Source: Oxalobacter sp. (GTDB taxonomy: Bacteria > Pseudomonadota > Gammaproteobacteria > Burkholderiales > Burkholderiaceae_D). From it: a stretch of 64,000 bases of DNA. Numbering within the stretch: the first letter of the stretch is position 1; each line of letters opens with the position of its first letter. The notes under the pieces are model-generated. The model worked only from the letters and a program-made list of their open reading frames with translations. It made no database searches and was not told the DNA's origin. Positions 41,808-50,562 of this stretch are shown here, in pieces. The stretch spans positions 3,000 through 66,999 of the forward strand of contig JAZUNA010000041.1 in assembly GCA_045603905.1 (NCBI GenBank), in the 5' to 3' direction. The position numbers and the translations under genes are program-made.

Positions 41808-42758
41808 ATGAACGATCTGGCATACATTATTCGTAACAAAAAGACAAAAGCCATTACTCTTTATGTTGAAAAAGATTTGCCTTGGAAAATTTACGCAGGT
41901 ACAGGAAATATAACGAAAAATACAGACCCCATTTTATCTGGAAAAGCAAAAGGCGAATTCATTTTGCCTATAAAGCAAAATCAACATATGTGTTTTACTT
42001 TTCAAACTGAAGATACAACACATATTCTTGCAGAAAGACTACTACCTATGGAAGGTGGTTTTAACATTAGAGATCTTGGAGGATATATAGGAGCAAATGG
42101 GAAAAAAGTTGTGTGGGGAACTTTTTTCCGATCGGATGACTTGGCTAAACTTAGTGATACCGATATTGATTATTTGGCTTCCATTCCGATTACAACTGTA
42201 TTTGATTTCCGTACTGATAAAGAAGCAAAGGAAACTCCTGATAGATTCCCTTATTCTGTAAGAAATGCGTTTCGTCGACCATTATCACCAGGTAATGTTT
42301 CACCAGCCGAAATTATGCACGGAAACTTTAATGCCTATGATGATGCTACTGCATTTATGCATACTGTATATCGTGAACTGGTAAGTGCCAGTCATATCAA
42401 TGCAGTTTATAAAGAACTTTTTCAATATCTTCAGGATGATAACAAGTTACCTATTCTGTTTCACTGTACAGCCGGAAAAGATAGAACAGGTATGGCAGCA
42501 GCTTTTTTGTTACTCTCTCTTGGTGTGAGTAAGGATACAATTATCCGCGACTACATGGATTCAAATACCTATTTAGCAGGAAAATATACTAAACTCATAG
42601 AAAATAATCCGCAATTAGCAACACTTTATAGCGTTAAATCTGATTATCTTTTAACGGCTTTTAAAACAATGGAAAACCTATGCGGAAGCATAGATACTTA
42701 TTTATCTCATGTTTTAGGTATTAATTTAGACAAAATGCGTACAAAGTACCTTTATTAA
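41808..42758 (+). CDS. Protein tyrosine/serine phosphatase (Y_phosphatase3 family)
   Basis: NIRDLGGY, FRSD, DFRT, HCTAGKDRTG active loop, DY..SN. Confidence 0.92.
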   Translation: MNDLAYIIRNKKTKAITLYVEKDLPWKIYAGTGNITKNTDPILSGKAKGEFILPIKQNQHMCFTFQTEDTTHILAERLLPMEGGFNIRDLGGYIGANGKKVVWGTFFRSDDLAKLSDTDIDYLASIPITTVFDFRTDKEAKETPDRFPYSVRNAFRRPLSPGNVSPAEIMHGNFNAYDDATAFMHTVYRELVSASHINAVYKELFQYLQDDNKLPILFHCTAGKDRTGMAAAFLLLSLGVSKDTIIRDYMDSNTYLAGKYTKLIENNPQLATLYSVKSDYLLTAFKTMENLCGSIDTYLSHVLGINLDKMRTKYLY

Positions 42759-42853
42759 GTTAGGACTTTTCTTTTCGAATATAATACTTTCACATGGCGT
42801 TTTCTTAAGGTCTTCTAAGAAGACTTTTCTGTTTTTTCCACCTACTTTGTTTT

Positions 42854-43594
42854 ATGAAAAAAATAGATCCTACGACAATCATGCAAATGGATCCGTCCAT
42901 TTTTCCACCCAAATTGCTTGGGAGAATGACATTTCAAATTACCCCTCCTTCACACCCTCCTCTTTCACCGGGTCAACATTATCTGGGCTTGTCTGATGAA
43001 AGGGATACACTTTTAATTGTTCCTGAAGGATTGGAAACAGATAAACCGGTTCCTTTTTTTGTCATGTTTCATGGATCTAGTGGTAGTGCTCAAAAGGTTT
43101 TACCTTTTGTTGAAGAATATGCGCATAAAAACAAAATACTGATGATGCTGCCACAGTCAACTTTTTACACTTGGGATTTAACTATTGGTGGACATGGGCC
43201 TGACTTGGATAAACTGGAAAAAGCGCTTAATCTGGTTTCATCCCATTTTATTATTGATCCGAAACGCTTTGCATTGGCAGGTTTTTCAGATGGAGGAAGT
43301 TACGCCCTTTCAACGGGATTAACGAATGGAGATGTTGTTTCTCACATAATTGTATTTTCCGGCGGATTCATGAATGTTTACCTTAAAAAGGGTCAACCTC
43401 GTGTTTTTATCACGCATAGCCCGGAAGATGAGCAACTAAATATAAAAACAAGTGCATTAAAACACGTAAAAGAGCTCAAAGATGGCGGATATGATGTTAT
43501 ATTTGAACTTTTTTCTGGAAGACACACCATTCATCCTCCTATTGTTAAGAAAGCGATAGATTTTTTCTTGCAGAAAAACGAAAAAGACGAATAG
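42854..43594 (+). CDS. Alpha/beta hydrolase (phospholipase/carboxylesterase type), paralog 1
   Basis: MFHG oxyanion motif, GFSDG nucleophile, EDEQL Asp, GRH His. Confidence 0.88.
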   Translation: MKKIDPTTIMQMDPSIFPPKLLGRMTFQITPPSHPPLSPGQHYLGLSDERDTLLIVPEGLETDKPVPFFVMFHGSSGSAQKVLPFVEEYAHKNKILMMLPQSTFYTWDLTIGGHGPDLDKLEKALNLVSSHFIIDPKRFALAGFSDGGSYALSTGLTNGDVVSHIIVFSGGFMNVYLKKGQPRVFITHSPEDEQLNIKTSALKHVKELKDGGYDVIFELFSGRHTIHPPIVKKAIDFFLQKNEKDE

Positions 43595-43686
43595 TAATAT
43601 TTGCCGTAATTCTTGCGTTAGTGGAAGTCCTAACGTTAAAAATTCCATTATTAGAATAAAGACGACAATAATTGATTGGAGAAAAA

Positions 43687-44085
43687 ATGAAATTAGTTGT
43701 ATATAGCAATGTTGTTGGACAACCAATTGTTGGACAAGTCTTAGAGCATAATGTTACTCATACTAAAGTTAAATATTCCAAATCAGGCGTAGAACGTGAA
43801 GAAAACCTCTTAAATGACGATATTATTTCTATGATTCCTGATGTCGTTGATCCTTCTGTTCATACCATTATGGTTAAAAAAATCACTGGAATTCGTGGTG
43901 TATTTGATGTTGAAGATCAGGACGAATTAACATCTTCTCCTGATGGCAATCGTGTTTACTTTACAACCGATGATGGTCGTAAACTTGAAATCAGTAAAGG
44001 ATTTTACGAATTATTGACTGATAATGAGTGGAATGTAAAAAGTGGTGCAATTTATCAAATGATGATGGGGGGAGGCACCTTTTAA
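43687..44085 (+). CDS. Hypothetical 132-aa beta-rich protein
   Basis: GGAG RBS; acidic, Val-rich; ends YQMMMGGGTF; no family recognised. Confidence 0.75.
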   Translation: MKLVVYSNVVGQPIVGQVLEHNVTHTKVKYSKSGVEREENLLNDDIISMIPDVVDPSVHTIMVKKITGIRGVFDVEDQDELTSSPDGNRVYFTTDDGRKLEISKGFYELLTDNEWNVKSGAIYQMMMGGGTF

Positions 44086-44102
44086 TTAATTGCATGAACT
44101 TT

Positions 44103-44150
44103 TACCACATTACACTTTTTACGGATTTGTGTAATGTGGTATTTCTACTT
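44103..44150 (+). terminator. 13-bp hairpin between the small gene and the AAA gene
   Basis: TACCACATTACAC-N13-GTGTAATGTGGTA followed by TTTCTACTTT. Confidence 0.6.
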
Positions 44151-44173
44151 TGATAAGTTCACAAGGGTAAGTA

Positions 44174-45823
44174 ATGGAATTTGAACTTAGTGTTTCTTCT
44201 GGTAAAAAACTGCTTTCTCGTATTGCACCTGATTCTGCTTTAGCTGAACGTTTGTCCTCTCACGGATTATCAACAGGTCGTCTTCTCATACCAGCTAGTC
44301 TTTTCAGTCTTTCTGAATTGGTTCAACTCGATAGACTCGCAAAGGAAGAAAATAATTTTTCCTTGATTTATCAAATTATCGGTTTGCGAAATATTCTTCA
44401 GGATAAAAATGCTGTCGTTATAAATGATTTGGAATTATTAGTTCCTGCATTGGTTTCCTATTTATCCTGGAATGCAATTGATGGTTGGTTATATAGACGT
44501 AATAAAGATGGCATTCTTTTACCATGGTTAATTGAACGAATAGAGTATATCGAACCACCAGAAGGAACGGGTCGTCCCTATGTTTTCGTCAGTTTGTTAG
44601 CTAATACAATTCAATCGGCAACTCGCTCCCAGGAAAATGCGGAAGATCCAGAAATGTGGCGTGCAGGCATGACAAATGCCATTTTATTTTTTGCCAGGGA
44701 ATTGGGAACGGCAACTGTGCCTGAGTTATTGGCAAAAAAAGGTTACTACAGAGAATGTCCGGAATTCAAAGCGGAATATGAGTCTCAACTAAAACGTTTT
44801 CAAAATTTCCAACCTCTTTTCGGTAAACAATTTAATGCTAAGCGTAATGCATTTATTCCTTGCAAGAGAGGTAAATTAGATGATATTGAGTTATTGCGTT
44901 TTTCAGAAGATATCCCTGTGAAATGCATTAATGATGAAGAATTGTTAAGCCGCCGCATTGAAACCAATTTTGAACGTCGAATTGATTGTGTTTGTGGTAC
45001 TTCTTTAGCTCGTATACCGATACATTGCTATCTGTATATGTTCCATTTGGAACTTCATCAAAATATCTGGGTTCATGTTCAGAACCTGGAAGAATACGTT
45101 TACCGTCCGGAAATACGGGATAAATTAATTTTGCCGCAACAACATCGTCTTTTAGTTGATATTCTTACATCGCGTATGGATGTCTTAATGAGCGATATCA
45201 TTGAAGGAAAATCAGGTGGAACCACTATTTTATGTATGGGAGCACCAGGCCTAGGTAAGACATTAACTGCAGAAGTTTATTCTGAAGTAGTTGGTATACC
45301 TTTATATCGTGTTCATTCAGGACAATTGGGAACTTCAGCAGAATCTGTAGAAGCATCTCTTTCTACTATTTTACGTCGCGCATCTCGTTGGGAATGTATT
45401 TTGCTTTTGGATGAAGCAGATGTTTATATTCGTGAACGTGATAATGATATGCAACATAACGCTATTGTTGCTGAATTTTTAAGAACGTTAGAGTACTTTG
45501 ACGGTTTGCTCTTTATGACAACAAATCGTGTTGATGACGTTGATGATGCAATTCTTTCTCGCTGTATTGCTGTCATTCGTTATGAAACACCACCTAAAGA
45601 AGATGCTGTTCGTCTCTGGCATTCTTTGGCAGAACAATTCCAAGTACCATTAACGGAAGAATTAGCTCAACAATTAGTTGAAACTTTCCCAAATTCTAGT
45701 GGTCGCGATATTAAAGAGTTATTAAAATTAACCAGTCGTTACTGTGCTGGTATCAATGAACCTCTTTCCTTATCTGCATTCCAACAATGCGCAGTTTTTA
45801 GAGGAAAAAAAGGTTATCAATAA
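44174..45823 (+). CDS. AAA+ ATPase with a long uncharacterised N-terminal region
   Basis: GAPGLGKTLTAE Walker A, LLLDEADVY Walker B, LEYFDGLLFMTTNR sensor I, DDAILSR arginine finger, SGRDIK. Confidence 0.9.
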   Translation: MEFELSVSSGKKLLSRIAPDSALAERLSSHGLSTGRLLIPASLFSLSELVQLDRLAKEENNFSLIYQIIGLRNILQDKNAVVINDLELLVPALVSYLSWNAIDGWLYRRNKDGILLPWLIERIEYIEPPEGTGRPYVFVSLLANTIQSATRSQENAEDPEMWRAGMTNAILFFARELGTATVPELLAKKGYYRECPEFKAEYESQLKRFQNFQPLFGKQFNAKRNAFIPCKRGKLDDIELLRFSEDIPVKCINDEELLSRRIETNFERRIDCVCGTSLARIPIHCYLYMFHLELHQNIWVHVQNLEEYVYRPEIRDKLILPQQHRLLVDILTSRMDVLMSDIIEGKSGGTTILCMGAPGLGKTLTAEVYSEVVGIPLYRVHSGQLGTSAESVEASLSTILRRASRWECILLLDEADVYIRERDNDMQHNAIVAEFLRTLEYFDGLLFMTTNRVDDVDDAILSRCIAVIRYETPPKEDAVRLWHSLAEQFQVPLTEELAQQLVETFPNSSGRDIKELLKLTSRYCAGINEPLSLSAFQQCAVFRGKKGYQ

Positions 45824-45861
45824 TCCTTAAGCAAGCGAAAATTTTATTTCGCCAATAATAA

Positions 45862-45893
45862 AAAAAACGGTGTTCCGAAGAACACCGTTTTTT
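45862..45893. terminator. Bidirectional terminator (AAA / frc)
   Basis: AAAAAACGGTGTTC-cgaa-GAACACCGTTTTTT. Confidence 0.9.
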
Positions 45894-45907
45894 ACGAATA
45901 TAACGAA

Positions 45908-47182
45908 TTATCCGAGAGTTTTGCTTGCACGGATACGTTCGATATCTGCATCGCTGTAACCGAGCTCTTTCAGGATTTCGTCGGTGTGCTCACCGAGTAA
46001 TGGAGCGCGGGTTACATCTACATCCATATCGGAGAATTTGATTGGAGCAGAAATGGTCAGATATTTACCACCACGATCTGGGTGATCTACCTCAACGATG
46101 GTTTTGAGTTTACGCAGAGATGGATCGTATGCCAGTTCTTTCATGGACATAACTGGACCGCAAGGAATGTCATATTCATTTGCCCAAGCAGTTGCTTCGT
46201 GCTTGTTCATACCTTTCAGCAAGGACTCAACATATTCAAAGATCTTGAATTGTTTGTTACGACGTGCTTCGAAGGTGTTGTATTCTGGATCGGTGATCCA
46301 TTCTGGTTTGTTGATACGGGTACAGATTTTATCCCATGCGTTTGCTTGCAGAGTGAAGTAAACGTAATCATCTGGGTCGGTACCGTCCCAAGCACCTTTA
46401 CATTTGAGCATCCAACCTGGTTGGCCACCACCACCAGCGTTACCACCACGTGGGGTACTTTCACCGAGTGGGAGACCTAATTCACCGTGTGGGTATTCAT
46501 CCAAACGACCGGTGGTTTCCAGACGTTGTTGGTCACGGAGTTTAATACGAACCAGATTAAGAACAGCTTCTTGCATAGCAACAGCAACTTTCTGTCCTTT
46601 ACCGGTGATGTGACGTTGTTGCAAAGCAGCCAAAATACCGATACATAAGTGCATACCGGAGTTGGAGTCACCCAATGCAGCACCAGAAACGAGAGGAGGA
46701 CCATCCCAGAAACCGGTTGTTGCAGCAGCACCACCAGAACATTGAGCTACGTTTTCGAAAACTTTGAAGCTTTCGTTTGCGTGACCTTCTGCATAACCTT
46801 TAACAGAAGCCATGATCAAACGTGGGTTCAATTCATTATGGATGCGCTCCCAGGAGAAACCCATACGAGCCATTGCACCTGGTGCAAAGTTTTCAACCAG
46901 AATGTCTGCTTCTTTGATCAGTTTTTCCAGAATTTCTCTACCTTCTGGGGTTTTGGTATTCAAGGTAATGGAACGTTTGTTACCGTTGAACATGGTGAAG
47001 TAAAGACTGTCTTTACCTTCGATATCTCTCAACCAACCACGGGTTACGTCACCAGAACCAGGAAGTTCGATTTTAACAACTTCAGCGCCCAAGAAACCGA
47101 GCATCTGAGTACAAGCAGGACCTGCTTGCACGTGAGTCATATCAACTACCTTAATACCATCAAGTGCTTTTACTTTTGACAT
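45908..47182 (-). CDS. frc: Formyl-CoA:oxalate CoA-transferase (family III)
   Basis: [35 protein letters not shown] (catalytic Asp), [11 protein letters not shown] tetraglycine loop; closely resembles O. formigenes Frc. Confidence 0.96.
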   Translation of the reverse strand: MSKVKALDGIKVVDMTHVQAGPACTQMLGFLGAEVVKIELPGSGDVTRGWLRDIEGKDSLYFTMFNGNKRSITLNTKTPEGREILEKLIKEADILVENFAPGAMARMGFSWERIHNELNPRLIMASVKGYAEGHANESFKVFENVAQCSGGAAATTGFWDGPPLVSGAALGDSNSGMHLCIGILAALQQRHITGKGQKVAVAMQEAVLNLVRIKLRDQQRLETTGRLDEYPHGELGLPLGESTPRGGNAGGGGQPGWMLKCKGAWDGTDPDDYVYFTLQANAWDKICTRINKPEWITDPEYNTFEARRNKQFKIFEYVESLLKGMNKHEATAWANEYDIPCGPVMSMKELAYDPSLRKLKTIVEVDHPDRGGKYLTISAPIKFSDMDVDVTRAPLLGEHTDEILKELGYSDADIERIRASKTLG

Positions 47183-47223
47183 GATTTTTTATTTCCTTAG
47201 TTAAAAAACAGCTTTTATTTTCA

Positions 47224-47248
47224 AATATTGTTGGGATACAACAATATT
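47224..47248. promoter_or_regulatory. Perfect palindrome upstream of frc (operator or 5' UTR hairpin)
   Basis: AATATTGTTG-GGATA-CAACAATATT. Confidence 0.5.
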
Positions 47249-47497
47249 CAGCCTCCCTATAAACTGCAGTTAGATAAACCACAATTAATAAATAGAATTA
47301 CAATTGTTAATTCCTACTATTTTACAAGAATATTGTCCAAGAGCAAATACTGACAAGAAAAAAATAAAGAAAGTGTATCAATTACACTAAAATAAATTGA
47401 AAATCAGATGAAAAATACTAATATCTCGTATAAAGATGAGTAATAGATTCTTTCTATAGTATCATATTTTTCTATATCAATTTGTGTGACTTAAGAG

Positions 47498-48253
47498 TTG
47501 AGTACTATGGATTCTGATCTTTCTTGTTTTAGCAATCTTGACCAGTTTGACTTCTCTTCTTTCCCTCAATCGATGTTGGGCAGACTGGAATTCAAAATTA
47601 CCCCGCCAGTTAATACTCCATTAGAAACAGGCTTACATTCTCTCGGTATTGCAGAAGAAAGAGATACTTTACTTTTTGTTCCTGAAGGATTAAAACCCAA
47701 TGCACCTGTTCCTTTATTAGTCATGTTTCATGGTGCAGGTGGTCACGCAGAAAAAGTACTCCCCTTTTTAATTGAACATGCAAAATCAAAACGATTTTTA
47801 CTCATGCTTCCACAATCCATTTTTCCAACTTGGGATTTAACCGTGGGTGGACATGGACCGGACTTTGAACGTTTGGAAAAAGCGTTGGCTGTCGTTTCTT
47901 CTCATTTTGTCATTGACCCAAATCACTTTGGTTTTGCCGGTTTTTCTGATGGAGGGAGTTACGCCCTTTCAACAGGCATTACAAATGGTAATTTGCTTTC
48001 TCATGTTATTGTCTTTTCCGGCGGTTTCATGAATGTCTATCACAAGGAAGGAAAACCGTTGGTATTTATTGCTCACAGCCCTGAAGATGAGCAATTAAAC
48101 ATCAGGACCAGTGGCTTAAAACATTACAACATACTTAGACAAGAAGGATATCCTGTTCATTTTGAAATGTTTTCTGGACCACATATCATTTACCCTCCTG
48201 TTGTAGAAAAAGCGATGAGCTTCTTTCTCGAGAGAACACCTAAGAAAACTTGA
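47498..48253 (+). CDS. Alpha/beta hydrolase, paralog 2
   Basis: MFHGAGG, TWDLTVGGHGPD, GFSDGGSYALSTG, HSPEDEQL, GPH; colinear with 42854-43594; start at TTG 47498 or ATG 47507. Confidence 0.88.
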   Translation: MSTMDSDLSCFSNLDQFDFSSFPQSMLGRLEFKITPPVNTPLETGLHSLGIAEERDTLLFVPEGLKPNAPVPLLVMFHGAGGHAEKVLPFLIEHAKSKRFLLMLPQSIFPTWDLTVGGHGPDFERLEKALAVVSSHFVIDPNHFGFAGFSDGGSYALSTGITNGNLLSHVIVFSGGFMNVYHKEGKPLVFIAHSPEDEQLNIRTSGLKHYNILRQEGYPVHFEMFSGPHIIYPPVVEKAMSFFLERTPKKT

Positions 48254-48278
48254 CAAGATAAGCGGTTTTCTGTAGAGT
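48250..48278 (+). promoter_or_regulatory. Candidate sigma70 promoter
   Basis: TTGACA (48250-48255)-17 nt-TAGAGT (48273-48278). Confidence 0.55.
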
Positions 48279-48591
48279 AGGAATGTTGTGCTTTAGATTT
48301 TGTAAAGTTTTCTTATTCTGTTTTTTGCGGCGGAATATATAGGAGATGTTTGCAAAAACAGCAGTTCTTTATATAGAATTATTTTGACATTCTGGCCCAT
48401 AAAGCGCAGAAGGAAATTTTTTGTTTTATGAAAATGTTTGGCTTCGTAAAACAAAATAAGCACCAAATAGACTATCCTGCAGACAAAATCTAAATCTATT
48501 TGATGGCTTCGAAAAAGTGCTGAGCCCTGTTTTGTAGTGTATGTAGGTATTTTTCGGTTGCCTTAATAAAACTAATAATAAAGGTGAATGC

Positions 48592-48789
48592 ATGAAAAGA
48601 TTCATATCTAGGAAGCACGCCGATCATCTGAAGCGGATGTATATGAAAACGGGATTGGATCAAAATATGATTCTAGGTATCCAAAATCGTAAAGCTGCTT
48701 TGTATGATATTCTTGTTCAAAGAAAGCAGTTAGAAGAATCTTATAATATGCATAAAAAGAATAAAGAACAATTTTATTGCAGCGAATAA
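48592..48789 (+). CDS. Hypothetical 65-aa basic protein
   Basis: AAAGGTGA RBS before ATG; co-oriented upstream of the CoA-transferase. Confidence 0.55.
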   Translation: MKRFISRKHADHLKRMYMKTGLDQNMILGIQNRKAALYDILVQRKQLEESYNMHKKNKEQFYCSE

Positions 48790-48855
48790 ATTTGAAATAC
48801 AGCAATAAAATTTAAAAATTGAATAACAAAAAAAATACTTTTAAAGAATGTTCAT

Positions 48856-50445
48856 ATGCAACAAGGAATGTCTGATCAATCTGTAAATTTGTTGGAAGCA
48901 ATGAAGATTCGTTCTGCATTGACTGAAGATGGCGAATACAAAATCGATCCAGAAAAAGTCAAAAGAAGAATCCGCCGGCCTGAGCTGCTCAAAAAAATTA
49001 TGAGTGCAGAAACTGCTGCCAATTACATTAGGGATGGAATGGTTGTCGGCATGAGTGGTTTTACTCTTGCTGGTGATCCTAAGGTTATTCCTCATGCTTT
49101 TTCTAAACTTGCAGAAGGCGGAAAAAGAAAAATATTTTTGATGACAGGAGCTGCATTAAGTCCTGAAGTTGATAGCGCAATGATCAATGCAAACGTTATT
49201 TACAAACGTATGCCATTTATTTGCGACAAGATTACACGTAGAGCTATCAATAATGGTGATGTGCTCTATTTTGATCAAAACTTGTCAGATCCTCCCGTAC
49301 AAATTCGTAACAAACAAATTCCAGCTCCTGATATTGCTGTTGTTGAAGCAACCGCAATTACAGAAGATGGCATGATTATTCCTACAACATCATTTGGTAA
49401 CACTGGTGTTTTTCTGGAACATGCAAAACATGTACTTTTAGAAGTGAACCTTGCAATGCCAGATGAGCTTGAAGGTATTCATGACTACTACGTTCCTAAG
49501 TATCTACCATGCGCAGAACCAATACCAATGAATCATCCAAATCAACGTACTGGTTCTAAAGGTATTAAAATTGATACTTCTAAAATTATTGGTATTGTTT
49601 TAACACACCAGTTAGATTCTCCTTCTCCAAATGTTTTGGCAGATCCTGACCAAAGCGCAATGGCAGCTAATTTGGGTAAGTTTTTCCTTTCAGAACTGGA
49701 TGCAGGTCGTATAACCACTGAAATGTATCCATTACAGGCAGGAATTGGTAGTGTGGCAAATGCTGCATTGTGGGGTTTGATGGATGGTCCTTGGAAAAAT
49801 CTCATCATGTATTCTGAGGTTTTACAAGACTCCACTTTCGACTTGATCGATGCCGGAAAAATGGTTTTCGCCTCTGCAACAGCAATTACTGTTTCACCAG
49901 AAAAAACCAAACAAATTTATCAAAACTTCGATAAATACAAAGACAAAATTTACTTGCGTCCTCAAGACGTGAGTAACAATGCTGAAATTATTAAGCGCAT
50001 TAATCTTATTGCGGTTAATACAGCAATGGATGTGGACATTTACGGTAACGTTAATTCAACCCATGTGGGTGGAACCCATATGATGAATGGTATCGGTGGT
50101 TCAGGAGATTTTGCTACTAATGCCCACACAACGATCTTCTTAACGAAATCTTGTGTTCCTGGCGGTAAAATTTCACGTGTCTTACCAATGGTGCCGCACG
50201 TTGATCATAATGAACACAATGTCGATATTATTATTACTGAACAAGGTATTGCTGATCTTCGTGGTCTTGCACCAAGAGAACGTGCTCTTCGTATCGTCAA
50301 CAATTGTGCTCATCCAAATTATCGTCCACTTTTACACAAATATTTGGAAGAGGCAAATGCACGTGGTGGACATACTCCTCACGTTCTGGAAAAAGCATTT
50401 GAATGGTTTGCTCGTTTACGTGAAACCGGTTCTATGTTGCCTTAA
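48856..50445 (+). CDS. Acetyl-CoA hydrolase/succinate CoA-transferase (class I, AarC-like)
   Basis: SGFT, LQAGIG, YSEVLQD (catalytic Glu), DIYGNVNSTH, NGIGGSGDF, VDHNEH, EQGIADLRGL, CAHP. Confidence 0.92.
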   Translation: MQQGMSDQSVNLLEAMKIRSALTEDGEYKIDPEKVKRRIRRPELLKKIMSAETAANYIRDGMVVGMSGFTLAGDPKVIPHAFSKLAEGGKRKIFLMTGAALSPEVDSAMINANVIYKRMPFICDKITRRAINNGDVLYFDQNLSDPPVQIRNKQIPAPDIAVVEATAITEDGMIIPTTSFGNTGVFLEHAKHVLLEVNLAMPDELEGIHDYYVPKYLPCAEPIPMNHPNQRTGSKGIKIDTSKIIGIVLTHQLDSPSPNVLADPDQSAMAANLGKFFLSELDAGRITTEMYPLQAGIGSVANAALWGLMDGPWKNLIMYSEVLQDSTFDLIDAGKMVFASATAITVSPEKTKQIYQNFDKYKDKIYLRPQDVSNNAEIIKRINLIAVNTAMDVDIYGNVNSTHVGGTHMMNGIGGSGDFATNAHTTIFLTKSCVPGGKISRVLPMVPHVDHNEHNVDIIITEQGIADLRGLAPRERALRIVNNCAHPNYRPLLHKYLEEANARGGHTPHVLEKAFEWFARLRETGSMLP

Positions 50446-50466
50446 TATTGACATTAAACATATTAC

Positions 50467-50495
50467 AACCCCGTTTTTAAAACGGGGTTTTTTGT
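50467..50495 (+). terminator. Intrinsic terminator of the CoA-transferase gene
   Basis: AACCCCGTTT-tta-AAACGGGGTT-TTTTG. Confidence 0.85.
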
Positions 50496-50504
50496 TGAGT
50501 TAAA

Positions 50505-50537
50505 TAAAGAAAGGGAAACATAAAAATGTTTCCCTTT
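50505..50537 (-). terminator. Intrinsic terminator of the HDAC operon
   Basis: AAAGGGAAACAT-aaaa-ATGTTTCCCTTT. Confidence 0.8.
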
Positions 50538-50562
50538 TAACTTCGTAGATAAAGAATATCAA

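Noticed and set aside
46082-47179. Several long antisense ORFs over frc (and similar ones over emrB, copA, cysK, nrdD and the adhesin)
   Set aside because: Shadow ORFs arising from codon bias of real genes; no RBS or family features
48346-48387. 13-aa ORF MFAKTAVLYIELF after AGGAG
   Set aside because: The SD abuts the ATG with no spacer, and the ORF is too short to support
48385-48500. SAM-I riboswitch resemblance (CTGGCCC..AAGC, ATCCTGCAG)
   Set aside because: The AUCnAGAG start, GCAACC, GUGC and closing GAU elements are not in the right order or pairing
48608-48805. 65-aa minus-strand ORF
   Set aside because: Antisense to the + strand ORF that has the better RBS and operon context
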